A DNA stretch of 64,000 nucleotides, taken from the NCBI GenBank assembly GCA_963770495.1, contig CAVYQA010000025.1, forward strand, positions 1,792 through 65,791. Direction: 5' to 3'. Position numbers and translations under genes: made by a program. This DNA is from Chitinophagales bacterium (lineage in GTDB: Bacteria > Bacteroidota > Bacteroidia > Chitinophagales > CAVYQA01). The notes below the pieces were generated by a model that ran no database searches, had not been told where the DNA came from, and saw only the letters and a list, made by a program, of their open reading frames with translations. Numbering within the stretch: the stretch's first letter is position 1; each line of letters starts with the position of its first letter. Positions 1 to 9,768 of the stretch are shown piece after piece.

Positions 1-553
1 TGCCGGGATATAAATTTCTGTAAGTGATTTTTTTATACGCATGAGCCTGAACATTGGTGGTGCCGTTTAAAGTAAAATTGTAGACCTGGCTTATTTCATC
101 ATCACTGGTTATCTCTGCTGCCGGATTAGCCCCGACGAAATTAATCTGGTGAAAATCTTCAACGTATTTATAGTTTGTTTCTCCGTCATCATCATCGTTA
201 CCGTCGTCTTCTTTTCTCCCGGCTTTACTCTCGAGTTCTTCCCTCTCCTTTTCTGTGAGTTCTACCTTCGTGGTTTTTCCAATCCAAATACCGGTTGTTG
301 TAAAGTAATACTGCAATCCATCCTGGCGTGCGCCAAAAATTATTTGCTTTAAAGAAATATTTTTTTCGGGTATCTGGTATTGTCCTTTGTTCTCAACAAA
401 AACTTTTTGTTCAAAAGAGTTTTTAGCCGTCCATTTTATCCTTGGCGGTGTACCGGCTTTAGCCGGCAAGAAAAAACTAAGATTAAGCGTTAAAAGTAAA
501 AAGTAAAGATGGTTTCGATTTAGTTTGGGGGTTTTTGTAAAGAGTTTTCCCAC
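1..553 (-). CDS. N-terminal part of a secreted SBBP/DUF7948-type (likely T9SS cargo) protein, runs off window edge
   Basis: Manual translation from GTG at 553: MGKLFTKTPKLNRNHLYFLLLTLNLSFFLPAKA (signal peptide)...VFVENKGQ...YKKITYRNLYPG. The frame is open to base 2. FxENKGQ and NLYPG motifs are typical of this family. Absent from the ORF track because it has no stop in the window. Confidence 0.75.
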   Translation of the reverse strand, partial: MGKLFTKTPKLNRNHLYFLLLTLNLSFFLPAKAGTPPRIKWTAKNSFEQKVFVENKGQYQIPEKNISLKQIIFGARQDGLQYYFTTTGIWIGKTTKVELTEKEREELESKAGRKEDDGNDDDDGETNYKYVEDFHQINFVGANPAAEITSDDEISQVYNFTLNGTTNVQAHAYKKITYRNLYPG

Positions 554-827
554 TTTAAACTCTTTTTGTAATTAATCCCAATTCAACTCATTATTATGTG
601 TCCAAATTTCGTCATGAATAGTGCTTTTTGCCGTAACATTTGGGTGATGTATGTGACAATAAACAAGTTAGGTAACCTTTGTTATTAACTGATAATTAAT
701 TGTTTATATAACATCAATTTATGGGCGTGTTTATTTGGTTTGTAACTGTGTTTATTTAAATCAACTGAAATAGATTTTTTGCTTCAAAGTGCGGGAAAAT
801 TGTTGGCTATAATTTGCCGCTAATAAC

Positions 828-835
828 TAAATTTG
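828..835 (+). promoter_or_regulatory. Bacteroidota sigma70 -7 element for tRNA
   Basis: TAAATTTG matches TAnnTTTG, 17 nt upstream of the tRNA. Confidence 0.6.
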
Positions 836-852
836 CAGCCCGTTAATAAAAA

Positions 853-928
853 GTCTCCGTAGCTCAGCTGGTAGAGCAGATGACTCTTAATCATCGGGCC
901 ACAGGTTCGAGCCCTGTCGGGGACACCA
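853..928 (+). tRNA. tRNA-Lys(CTT)
   Basis: Acceptor stem GTCTCCG/CGGGGAC, D-arm AGCTCAGCTGGTAGAGC, anticodon arm GATGA-CT-CTT-AA-TCATC, T-loop GGTTCGAGCC, encoded CCA; 76 nt. Confidence 0.97.
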
Positions 929-933
929 GCAGC

Positions 934-966
934 AAAAGGGTTTCAGCATTATCACTGAAACCTTTT
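934..966 (+). terminator. Hairpin/intrinsic terminator after tRNA
   Basis: GGTTTCAG-CATTATCA-CTGAAACC stem followed by TTTT. Confidence 0.65.
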
Positions 967-1066
967 GTTGTTATTTGCAGACATTTAATCGTTTTTTGAA
1001 ATAATCCGTTATTAAAACCGGGTTTTTAGTTTTTGAATCTTTAAGAAAAAGATTGTAAAAGGGAAT

Positions 1067-3007
1067 ATGAAAGAAATTGACATTAAGAAAATATCGTTTG
1101 CCGGAGTATTAATTGCGTTGGGTATTGTATTTGGCGACCTGGGCACTTCTCCCCTTTATACTTATAAAGCCATCATCGGAAACCATGTCATAACAGAAAC
1201 TTTAATCCTGGGCAGTGTTTCAGCTATTTTCTGGACTCTCACTTTTCAGACCACCCTGAAATATGTGCTGATAACCATGCGGGCTGACAACAATGGAGAA
1301 GGAGGGATATTCTCCTTGTTTGCATTGATACGCAAGAAAGCTCGATGGGTAATATGGCCTGCCATTATCGGGGGCAGCTTTATGATCGCAGATAGCCTTA
1401 TTACACCTCCTATTTCTGTTACTTCCGCTATTGAGGGGCTAAGAGATGTGTACCCGCAAATATCTATATTACCAATAACCATTAGCATACTTGTGGCATT
1501 GTTCATATTCCAGCAATCTGGCACAGGAAGCATCGGTAAATTTTTCGGGCCCGCTATGGTGCTGTGGTTTGCGATGATTGCTGTGCTTGGGTTTAGTTTA
1601 CTTGTTAAAGATCCATCCGTGCTCCGCGCTTTAAATCCCATCTATGCTTACCGCTTGATTGTAGAATATCCCGGCGGCTTCTGGGTGCTTGGCGGAGTGT
1701 TTTTATGCTGTACGGGCGCGGAGGCTTTATATGCAGATATGGGGCATGTGGGTCGCAGAAACATACAAATTGCCTGGATATTCATTAAAATTTCCCTGGT
1801 ACTCTGTTATTTTGGCGAGGCGGCATTACTGAAATCTCATATCGGTCAAACGCTTAATGATGTAGATGCTTTTTATGGCATGGTGCCTGCGTGGTTTTTA
1901 ATTCCTTCCATAGCCATTTCTACTTTGGCTACAATTATCGCCAGCCAGGCGCTCATCAGTGGAACCTATACCCTGTTTAATGAAGCGGTGCGCCTGGAAA
2001 TATGGCCAAAATTAAGAACTAAATTCCCTACTGAATTACGGGGACAGGTTTACGTTCCCACTATTAACTGGCTGATGATGGCCGGTTGTATCGGGATGGT
2101 TTTATACTTCAGGGAATCAAGTAATATGGAAGCGGCATTTGGTTTATCCGTTACATTTACTATGCTGATGACAACAGTTTTGTTGAGCTATTACCTCTAT
2201 ACCCGTAAAGCGCCTATGCTTTTTACTTTTGCAGTTCTAATCGTTTATTTAAGCATTGAACTTTCCTTCCTTGCAGCCAATCTTAAAAAATTCTCACATG
2301 GGGGTTGGCTCACAATGCTCATCGGTGCATTATTGGTAACCATCATGTTTGTATGGCAAATGGGAAGACGGATTAAAAACAGGTATAAAAAATATGTTCA
2401 GCTTGGTGATTACATTCCTTCCTTTATAAAACTTAGCAATGATTCTGCAGTTCCGAAATTTGCAACTCATCTTGTATATCTTACCGCAGCGGACAAACCG
2501 GGTTTGATAGAAGAAAAAATTATTGAATCTGTGTTTTGCGGACAGCCTAAACGCGCCAATCTTTACTGGCTGGTGCATGTGGATGTGGACGACTCGCCTT
2601 ATACTATGGACTATGATACAAAAATAATTGCGCTTGATGACTTTGTATACGTAAGGTTTAAATTAGGATTCCGGATAGTTCCAAGGATTAATTTTTTGTT
2701 TAAAAAGGTGGTGAATAATATGATTGCCAACCATGAGATAAAGGTGGATAAGAATTATTGCATGATTGATCAGCACGATACCTGCGGGGATTTTCGTTTT
2801 GTAGTTATGAAGAGTTTCTTATCTTTTGAAAATGAACTTCCTTTTTGGAAGAATCTTATCATGAAGTTTTATTTCATACTTGATAAAATCAGCTTGCCCG
2901 ATGCGGAGGGCTATGGGCTTGATTATAATAATCTGGTTTTGGAAAGAGTGCCCCTTTTGGTTGGAGAACCGGCAGAGGTTCCCCTCATAAAGGAAAATAA
3001 ATTATGA
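1067..3007 (+). CDS. kup: KUP/HAK/KT potassium transporter
   Basis: LGIVFGDLGTSPLY, ADNNGEGGIFSL and TGAEALYADMGH motifs; ~12 TM helices plus cytoplasmic tail. Confidence 0.96.
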   Translation: MKEIDIKKISFAGVLIALGIVFGDLGTSPLYTYKAIIGNHVITETLILGSVSAIFWTLTFQTTLKYVLITMRADNNGEGGIFSLFALIRKKARWVIWPAIIGGSFMIADSLITPPISVTSAIEGLRDVYPQISILPITISILVALFIFQQSGTGSIGKFFGPAMVLWFAMIAVLGFSLLVKDPSVLRALNPIYAYRLIVEYPGGFWVLGGVFLCCTGAEALYADMGHVGRRNIQIAWIFIKISLVLCYFGEAALLKSHIGQTLNDVDAFYGMVPAWFLIPSIAISTLATIIASQALISGTYTLFNEAVRLEIWPKLRTKFPTELRGQVYVPTINWLMMAGCIGMVLYFRESSNMEAAFGLSVTFTMLMTTVLLSYYLYTRKAPMLFTFAVLIVYLSIELSFLAANLKKFSHGGWLTMLIGALLVTIMFVWQMGRRIKNRYKKYVQLGDYIPSFIKLSNDSAVPKFATHLVYLTAADKPGLIEEKIIESVFCGQPKRANLYWLVHVDVDDSPYTMDYDTKIIALDDFVYVRFKLGFRIVPRINFLFKKVVNNMIANHEIKVDKNYCMIDQHDTCGDFRFVVMKSFLSFENELPFWKNLIMKFYFILDKISLPDAEGYGLDYNNLVLERVPLLVGEPAEVPLIKENKL

Positions 3008-3140
3008 TAGTGTTCCGCATTCAGGTCATTATTTGGTGCAATCTTCTACAACCTGATTAAAAAGCCGAAGTCAGAGGCTTATCCTTCTTACAAAACTGGA
3101 ATCGACTAATACCGGTAATAGAACTAACCACTCGTTTTGG

Positions 3141-3183
3141 CTCTTAATCATCGGACCGAAGATTCTAACCCTTCGGGGAATAC
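3141..3183 (+). repeat. Degenerate copy of tRNA-Lys 3' half (att-like scar)
   Basis: CTCTTAATCATCGG is identical to 884..897 and is followed by a decayed T-arm/acceptor-like sequence (CGAAGATTCTAACCCTTCGGGGAATAC). Confidence 0.7.
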
Positions 3184-3288
3184 AAACCTCTTGTTTACAT
3201 AAGCAGAAGTTTTTTCTTTTTCGCCATAAAGCCTTAGGAATTTGCGTCATAGTGGCAACTGAAAAATTCTCAATAACAAGATAAGCAA

Positions 3289-3322
3289 GTTCTCTCCCCT
3301 TCGGGAAGAGTTAGAGTGGGGC
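3289..3322. repeat. REP-like GC hairpin element
   Basis: CTCTCCCCTTCGGGAAGAG-TTAGAGTGGGGC; similar layout to 41678..41716. Confidence 0.5.
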
Positions 3323-3380
3323 AGCAAAGCTCCTTACCCGTTATTTTAGAAAAAGAGTATTACAAACAGAATTTTTAAAT

Positions 3381-3908
3381 TTGTACCGTAATAAAATAAT
3401 TATGACGGAAAATAATACTTATGAAGGTTTTGATAACGACATTAAAACCTGCTTTGCTGATATAATCAGAACGTATAATTTTCATTTCTACGAAAAAAAA
3501 GAAGGCGTCTACTATTTAAAAAATAATAACTGTATTTTAACTTTTGATTTTGACGGAGAAGATATTAGTTGCTTTGCTTTGAATCCCGCGATACCGGAAG
3601 AGACTTTTCACGTCGGAATTATATGGAGCGCTTTGCGCCCGGATAAAGAAATTCCTGTTCAATTAGATCCAAACCTAAGTCTCAAATCCCAATTGGAATT
3701 TTATGCGGCGGTATTAAATGAATTAAATTTTATACTTCAGGGTGATTTTAGCTGGAAAGAGCAGTATAAGAGGTATGTAGACGAAGAATCAAGAAAAATA
3801 GCACTTGTTCAACAACTCGATACCAACCATCCTATTTATCAGAAATTTGTTAACGGTGATTTATCCTGGCAAAAAGATTTAGATGACTATATAACAAAAA
3901 ATAATTAA
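3381..3908 (+). CDS. Hypothetical protein (likely start ATG 3402)
   Basis: 175-aa AT-rich ORF; no motif recognised. Confidence 0.7.
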   Translation: MYRNKIIMTENNTYEGFDNDIKTCFADIIRTYNFHFYEKKEGVYYLKNNNCILTFDFDGEDISCFALNPAIPEETFHVGIIWSALRPDKEIPVQLDPNLSLKSQLEFYAAVLNELNFILQGDFSWKEQYKRYVDEESRKIALVQQLDTNHPIYQKFVNGDLSWQKDLDDYITKNN

Positions 3909-4094
3909 TTTAAATGACGCGATGAACACTTTTGATTTTTAACTGATAACTGTTCACTGATTCCAAACTCCAAATTATATTAAGTTTAACTTCTTGATAA
4001 CTTTTTTGTAGAAAATATAAAAAATATCTTAGCTTTATCCCAAGCTCATTTAAGTTGCTGTATTTATAATATTTAAATACTAAAAAATAGTGTT

Positions 4095-5954
4095 ATGAAA
4101 CTATATACTTACTTACTCTTAACAACTTTATCATTGCTATCTTTAGATTTGAAAGCACAAGCACCAAATGAAATTAATTACCAGGGTGTTGCCCGCAATT
4201 CTTCAGGGACAGTATTGTCAAATCAATTAATAGGGCTTGAGTTTACCATTCACCAGGGGTCATCCACCGGAACTATAGTTTACCAGGAAACTCAAACGGA
4301 TAGCACTGATCAGTTTGGATTATTTTCAGTTGCCATCGGCGCCGGTACCGTTAAAAGTGGCACCTTTGCGAGCATTAACTGGGGTAACAATAGTGAATAT
4401 TTACAGGTGGGAATGGACCCTAACGGCGGAACAAATTATGTTGATATGGGTACACAGCAGTTTCTTAGTGTACCTTATGCTTTATATGCCGCTAATAGTG
4501 GCAACACATCAGCTAATGCCTGGCAATTAGTAGGTAATGATGTTGCCTATACTTTTAGTGCTGAACCTTCTACCTATTTAGGTACTATCTCTTCAGGAGG
4601 GACAGGTTTTCAATTTGGAGTTAATGGCAATAATGCCGGTCGTGTTGAGGGAGGCGCTACTTTTAATTCAGCTTTGGGATACCAGGCTTTAAATTCTAAC
4701 AGCAGCGGTACAAAAAATTCGGCTCTGGGGGCAAAGGCATTAAGTGCCAATACCACCGGTTCCGAAAATTCAGCTTTAGGTTACAATGCCAATGTAGGCT
4801 CAGGCACATTAATTAATGCAACAGTTATTGGTGCAAATGCAACAGCGATTGCAAGCAACTCAATAACCTTGGGTAATTCAACGGCTACAAGCCTGTATTT
4901 ACCGGGTTATTCAACTATCGGTGAAATGTTTTATACCTCTGCGGCAAGCGGACTTGTTTCACCACTTGCTATAGGTACAAGCGGACAGATATTGACAGTA
5001 TCAGGTGGCGTTCCCACATGGGAAACATCAACCGGAACATCGGCTAATGCATGGCAACTAACAGGTAATGATGTTGCCTATACGTTTAGTTCTGCACCTG
5101 CTACCTATGTAGGTACTGCCTCTTCAGGAGGTGCAGGTTTTCAATTTGCAGTAGGTGGCAATAATGCCGGTCGCATTGAATCTACTAATCAAAATACCGC
5201 CATTGGTTACCAGTCAATGAATTCCAACAACACTAAAATCAACTCTTCAGCAAAAAATACTGCCGTTGGTTTTATTGCTCTTTATTCTAATACAGCGCAA
5301 AGCGGTAATATTGCCATTGGAGATAGCGCAATGTATAACCAATCTTACAATTCTGCTTTTTATAGTGATAATGTTGCACTTGGCAACTCTGCACTTTTTC
5401 AAAATAATCCAACTTCAACTTCTAATGGCTACCAAAATACGGCAGTTGGTAACAATTCTTTAAAAGCAAACACCAGCGGTTTCGATAACACTGCAATTGG
5501 ATATGATGCTGATTTAACTTCAGGCGGATTATCTTTTGCAACTGCTATTGGTGCCGGTGCAAAAGCGGGGCAAAGCAATTCTTTGATTTTAGGAGGCGCA
5601 AGTGGTACCTCTTCTGCTGTAAATGTTGGTATTGGTACTGGCACACCTAATTCAACTTTGCAAGTTTCAAGTGGAAATATAAGTTTGCCTATCACAGTTT
5701 CTTCCACCAGCATAAATCTCTCAACATCTCCTTTAACATACACCGTAATTATTACCGCTACCGGACAAACAGTTACTTTGCCGGTTGCTTCCACCTGTGC
5801 AGGCAGAATTTATAATATTATCGCTCAAATGGCATCGGGTTCCATTACTACAAGCAGTTACCTGAATTTTAATGGTGTAGCTAGCACTTCCATTCCGGCG
5901 GGTAATAGCATTATAATTCAAAGCGATGGCACAAATTGGGACCAGATTAAATAA
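4095..5954 (+). CDS. Secreted fibrous adhesin/tail-fibre-like protein with YadA-head-like repeats
   Basis: Signal peptide, QAPNEINYQGVARN domain common in Bacteroidota, NSALG/NTAIG repeats, internal duplicated ~45-aa block. Confidence 0.75.
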   Translation: MKLYTYLLLTTLSLLSLDLKAQAPNEINYQGVARNSSGTVLSNQLIGLEFTIHQGSSTGTIVYQETQTDSTDQFGLFSVAIGAGTVKSGTFASINWGNNSEYLQVGMDPNGGTNYVDMGTQQFLSVPYALYAANSGNTSANAWQLVGNDVAYTFSAEPSTYLGTISSGGTGFQFGVNGNNAGRVEGGATFNSALGYQALNSNSSGTKNSALGAKALSANTTGSENSALGYNANVGSGTLINATVIGANATAIASNSITLGNSTATSLYLPGYSTIGEMFYTSAASGLVSPLAIGTSGQILTVSGGVPTWETSTGTSANAWQLTGNDVAYTFSSAPATYVGTASSGGAGFQFAVGGNNAGRIESTNQNTAIGYQSMNSNNTKINSSAKNTAVGFIALYSNTAQSGNIAIGDSAMYNQSYNSAFYSDNVALGNSALFQNNPTSTSNGYQNTAVGNNSLKANTSGFDNTAIGYDADLTSGGLSFATAIGAGAKAGQSNSLILGGASGTSSAVNVGIGTGTPNSTLQVSSGNISLPITVSSTSINLSTSPLTYTVIITATGQTVTLPVASTCAGRIYNIIAQMASGSITTSSYLNFNGVASTSIPAGNSIIIQSDGTNWDQIK

Positions 5955-6237
5955 TCAATTGCTCCAAACTCCACGCTTCCGCCTTCTCTGAGAAAAGCAT
6001 TTTGGTTTTCGACCACGTATCTTTAAATAATTGGGAGAAACGGTAGTGGTCGAGCGATTTTTCATCCTTCCATATACTATATGTAAAAAAGATATTATTG
6101 GCTTTGGTATCCTTTAACAGTTCAAGATGATTACATCCATCAAAGGATGAAATTTTAGTTTTCATCTCTGAAAACAAATGCAGAAATTCATCCATCCTGT
6201 CAGGTGCAAACGTCATTTTAACAATACGCACAATCAC
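5947..6237 (-). CDS. Antibiotic biosynthesis monooxygenase (ABM) family protein
   Basis: MIVRIVKMTF...FFTYSIW...YRFSQLF; ~96-aa ABM pattern. Confidence 0.85.
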   Translation of the reverse strand: MIVRIVKMTFAPDRMDEFLHLFSEMKTKISSFDGCNHLELLKDTKANNIFFTYSIWKDEKSLDHYRFSQLFKDTWSKTKMLFSEKAEAWSLEQLII

Positions 6238-6313
6238 TTTCCTAAAGTTCTATAATAAATATTTTATTTCTTTTCTGTTCTTGAATTATAAAATAAGCGG
6301 CAAAGACAAAAAC

Positions 6314-6341
6314 TTTTGACTTTTGAGTTTTGACTTTTAAC
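6314..6341. repeat. Heptamer tandem repeat (TTTTGAC-type x4)
   Basis: TTTTGAC TTTTGAG TTTTGAC TTTTAAC. Confidence 0.8.
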
Positions 6342-6343
6342 TT

Positions 6344-7147
6344 TTATTTGAATTCAATTTTCACACTTTCCCCTTCATACAATCCAAGCAGGCTGCTGGC
6401 TTTTCCATGATTAATGGCAATCTCAAGATACCCGGCGCTGTTAAACAGGCATAATTTCTCGCCGTCTATCGCATTGGCGTAACCATGGCTTATGCGGTCT
6501 ATCACTTCATTTCTGCGAAACGATAAATAAAATTTTCGCCCTTGCCTTGCCGTTTCAAATTGTTGTTTGGTTACATTTAAAATCACATTCTCAAAATGGT
6601 CCACATACAACACATTGGCTCGAATATAATCGTCGCCGATGGACGGCTGCATAAAATACATTTGCCTGATAGCATTTATCGGGCGCGCTAATGATTCAAC
6701 TGTTTTTCCGTTTGCCAGAGCACAGGCAGCCGGCAAAAGCGTATCCAAAAATGCAAATGACGTATCCGTTTTTTTCTCAGTCAGGTTCAGCTCAAAAACT
6801 TTTTCAGGCATCCCGTCAAACAACACGGAGAATATGCCGTTATCGCCCGCCAGGAAATAATGCGATTGGTGTAGCGCCAGCAGGTAATGATTATCACGGT
6901 ATGCTTCATTATTAACGCAAATAAGATGAATGGTGTTTTTTGGAAAATACCTGTATGAATTGCGCAACACAAACGCCGCATGTCCTATGCTGTGAGGCAG
7001 TATGGTATGAGAAACATCAACAATTTGAGCGTTATTACACTCTGATAAGATCTTTCCTTTTAGAGCCGCCACATAGTAATCCTCTAAGCCAAGGTCGGAT
7101 GTGAGTGTTATAATGGGCATAGTTGTTGTTTGTAGTGTATTATCCAC
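6344..7147 (-). CDS. SAM hydroxide adenosyltransferase / SAM-dependent halogenase family (DUF62); likely start 7120
   Basis: IITLTSDLG, IVDVSH, DNG, YVDHFENVILN, FNSAGYLEIAIN motifs. Confidence 0.9.
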   Translation of the reverse strand: MDNTLQTTTMPIITLTSDLGLEDYYVAALKGKILSECNNAQIVDVSHTILPHSIGHAAFVLRNSYRYFPKNTIHLICVNNEAYRDNHYLLALHQSHYFLAGDNGIFSVLFDGMPEKVFELNLTEKKTDTSFAFLDTLLPAACALANGKTVESLARPINAIRQMYFMQPSIGDDYIRANVLYVDHFENVILNVTKQQFETARQGRKFYLSFRRNEVIDRISHGYANAIDGEKLCLFNSAGYLEIAINHGKASSLLGLYEGESVKIEFK

Positions 7148-7229
7148 AAATTTATATGTATAAATGTGGAACCTTGCTTCAGTTTTTGATGTATTTTGCA
7201 GTAAAATTAATTATAAATAAATATAAAAA

Positions 7230-8237
7230 TTGACTGAACTCACCATCCCTCTCGACACCATAGATCCAGTGGAATTCTTAGGTGTCAATAATACCAGGTT
7301 GAATAAGTTAAAAGATGCCTTTCCAAAGTTAAAACTCGTAGCCCGCGGCAATCGCTTACGCGCCGAGGGCAATCAGAAGGAGTTGGAAATGCTGGAAGAT
7401 AAAGTGATGCGAATGATTCGCTTCGTTGAGCGTTTCGGCGCCATTTCTGAAAAACACATGGATGATTTTTTAGAAGACGTTGAAAGCGGCGACAACATCA
7501 CCGATTTCGATTTTCCGCAATTCTCCGATGATGCCATTGTATATGGTCCAAACGGAAATGTGGTAAAGGCGCGCACGGAGAATCAAAAGAAAATGGTTGA
7601 GCTCTCTGAAAAAAATGACATCATCTTCGCCATCGGTCCCGCAGGAACAGGTAAAACGTACACTGCCGTTGCTTTGGCAGTGAGAGCTTTAAAAAATAAG
7701 CAGATAAAAAAGATTATACTCACCCGTCCGGCAGTGGAAGCGGGGGAAAGTCTCGGTTTTTTGCCCGGCGACTTAAAAGAAAAAGTTGACCCTTATCTTC
7801 GCCCTCTTTATGATGCATTGGATGATATGATACCGCTCGATAAACTCAATTATTATCTTGCCAACCGTGTTATAGAAATAGCGCCGCTTGCCTTTATGCG
7901 TGGTCGCACACTCGACCATGCCTATGTGCTGCTCGACGAAGCGCAAAACGCCACCGGCTCGCAAATAAAAATGTTTCTTACACGCATTGGCGCATCGGCT
8001 AAATGCATTATCACCGGCGACCTCACACAAATTGATTTGCCCAAAAACCAAACCAGTGGCTTATTCCAGGCTATTGACCTGTTGAAAGACATTGAAGGCA
8101 TAACCACTGTATTCTTAAATGAGCGCGATGTGGTGCGACACAAGCTGGTGAAACAAATCATTAAAGCTTATGAAAAGTCAGAAGGAAAAGATAATACTTC
8201 TAATCACTCTCCTAATCAAAAACCGACAAACCAATAA
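7230..8237 (+). CDS. phoH: PhoH-family ATPase
   Basis: [42 protein letters not shown]. Confidence 0.95.
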   Translation: MTELTIPLDTIDPVEFLGVNNTRLNKLKDAFPKLKLVARGNRLRAEGNQKELEMLEDKVMRMIRFVERFGAISEKHMDDFLEDVESGDNITDFDFPQFSDDAIVYGPNGNVVKARTENQKKMVELSEKNDIIFAIGPAGTGKTYTAVALAVRALKNKQIKKIILTRPAVEAGESLGFLPGDLKEKVDPYLRPLYDALDDMIPLDKLNYYLANRVIEIAPLAFMRGRTLDHAYVLLDEAQNATGSQIKMFLTRIGASAKCIITGDLTQIDLPKNQTSGLFQAIDLLKDIEGITTVFLNERDVVRHKLVKQIIKAYEKSEGKDNTSNHSPNQKPTNQ

Positions 8238-8248
8238 ACTATAATTAT

Positions 8249-9076
8249 ATGGACATGACTACTCTCCAAGCCATTATTCTTGGAATAGTGGAAGGTATAA
8301 CTGAATTTTTACCCGTTTCTTCTACCGGTCACATGATAATTACCACAGCCATTCTTGGTATGACGCCCACCGACTTTGTTAAAACATTTACCGTGGCTAT
8401 TCAGCTTGGCGCTATACTTTCCGTAGTTGTGCTGTACTGGAAACGTTTTTTTGATTTTAAAAATCTTTCAGAAGCTGTAATTTTCTATTTTAAACTTTTC
8501 ATCGCATTTCTTCCTGCCGGTATTATCGGTTTTTTATTGATGAAAAAAATTGATGAGCTTCTGGGCAGTATAACGGTGGTTGCCACTTCCCTGCTTGTGG
8601 GAGGAATTATTCTCGTTTGGGTAGACCGGCTGTTTGCCAAAACGGAAAAAAATCCCGAATTGCCTCTCACCTACCCTATGGCATTTATCATTGGCTGTTT
8701 CCAGGTTATCTCTATGATTCCCGGCGTATCGCGCTCCGCGGCAACTATTATAGGCGGGTTAAGCCAAAAATTAGGACGCAAACAGGCGGCAGAGTTTTCG
8801 TTTTTCCTTGCCGTGCCCACCATGTTTATAGCAACCGTATATAAATTATATAAGTATCACAAAGATATGGGACCTATCGGCATCTCTCATCACGATTATG
8901 TCATGCTTGGCATTGCCGGCGTAGTGGCTTTTATTGTCGCTATGTTCGCTATTAAAACTTTTATCGCATTTCTTTCCAATCACGGCTTAAAATTATTTGG
9001 CTATTATCGTATTGTAGTTGGCGGCATATTGCTAATTTTGATATATGCGTTGCATGTTAATATCAGCGTTGTATAA
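8249..9076 (+). CDS. uppP: Undecaprenyl-diphosphate phosphatase
   Basis: [14 protein letters not shown] and [10 protein letters not shown] motifs. Confidence 0.96.
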   Translation: MDMTTLQAIILGIVEGITEFLPVSSTGHMIITTAILGMTPTDFVKTFTVAIQLGAILSVVVLYWKRFFDFKNLSEAVIFYFKLFIAFLPAGIIGFLLMKKIDELLGSITVVATSLLVGGIILVWVDRLFAKTEKNPELPLTYPMAFIIGCFQVISMIPGVSRSAATIIGGLSQKLGRKQAAEFSFFLAVPTMFIATVYKLYKYHKDMGPIGISHHDYVMLGIAGVVAFIVAMFAIKTFIAFLSNHGLKLFGYYRIVVGGILLILIYALHVNISVV

Positions 9077-9768
9077 TGTTAAAAAAATATACCGATGGGC
9101 AGGTGCTGCTGGTTAATAAGCCTCTGCGCTGGACATCGTTCGATATCGTTAATAAGCTCAACTTCCAGCTTCGCTGCAAGGTAGGTCATGCAGGTACTCT
9201 TGACCCTCTTGCCTCAGGGTTGCTGATTATCTGTTGCGGCAAATTCACCAAACGCATCTCCGAATTTCAAAACCAGGAAAAAGAATATACCGGCACTTTC
9301 TTTTTAGGCGCCACCACCCCATCTTTTGATCTGGAAACAAAACCTGAGAACTTCTTAGACATAACTAATATTTCAGAACAACAAATTATCGAAACAACTA
9401 AAACTTTTTCGGGTGAAATATTGCAATCTCCCCCCGCCTATTCATCTGTTAAAAAAGACGGGGAGCGTATGTATTACATAGCCCGCCGCGGTGAAAAATT
9501 TGATATAGAAAAACGCAAAGTACAATTAACGGAATTTGAAATAACCAAAATTGAATTGCCGCTTATTCATTTCCGTATTGTTTGCGGCAAAGGTTTTTAT
9601 GTGCGCTCATTAGCCGATGATTTTGGTAAAGCGCTAAACAACGGCGCCTATCTTGCTTCGCTTTGCCGAACACGCATTGGTTCTTATTCTCTTAAAGATG
9701 CTGTTGAAATTGACGCACTTATTGAACAAATCAAAGAAGAAAAAAAAGCCGGACATTTATCTGCATGA
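9076..9768 (+). CDS. truB: tRNA pseudouridine(55) synthase
   Basis: KVGHAGTLDPLASG, KEY, PPAYS, CGKGFYVRSL. Confidence 0.96.
   Translation: MLKKYTDGQVLLVNKPLRWTSFDIVNKLNFQLRCKVGHAGTLDPLASGLLIICCGKFTKRISEFQNQEKEYTGTFFLGATTPSFDLETKPENFLDITNISEQQIIETTKTFSGEILQSPPAYSSVKKDGERMYYIARRGEKFDIEKRKVQLTEFEITKIELPLIHFRIVCGKGFYVRSLADDFGKALNNGAYLASLCRTRIGSYSLKDAVEIDALIEQIKEEKKAGHLSA

Noticed and set aside
929-1066. Riboswitch upstream of kup
   Set aside because: Only the tRNA terminator and AT-rich sequence; no c-di-AMP or other aptamer consensus visible
4095-5954. Prophage tail-fibre gene
   Set aside because: Has a Sec signal peptide and no phage structural, terminase or integrase genes nearby
5947-7147. 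Halogenated natural-product cluster (ABM + chlorinase-like)
   Set aside because: The ABM-DUF62-phoH arrangement is ordinary Bacteroidota housekeeping synteny with no biosynthetic core genes
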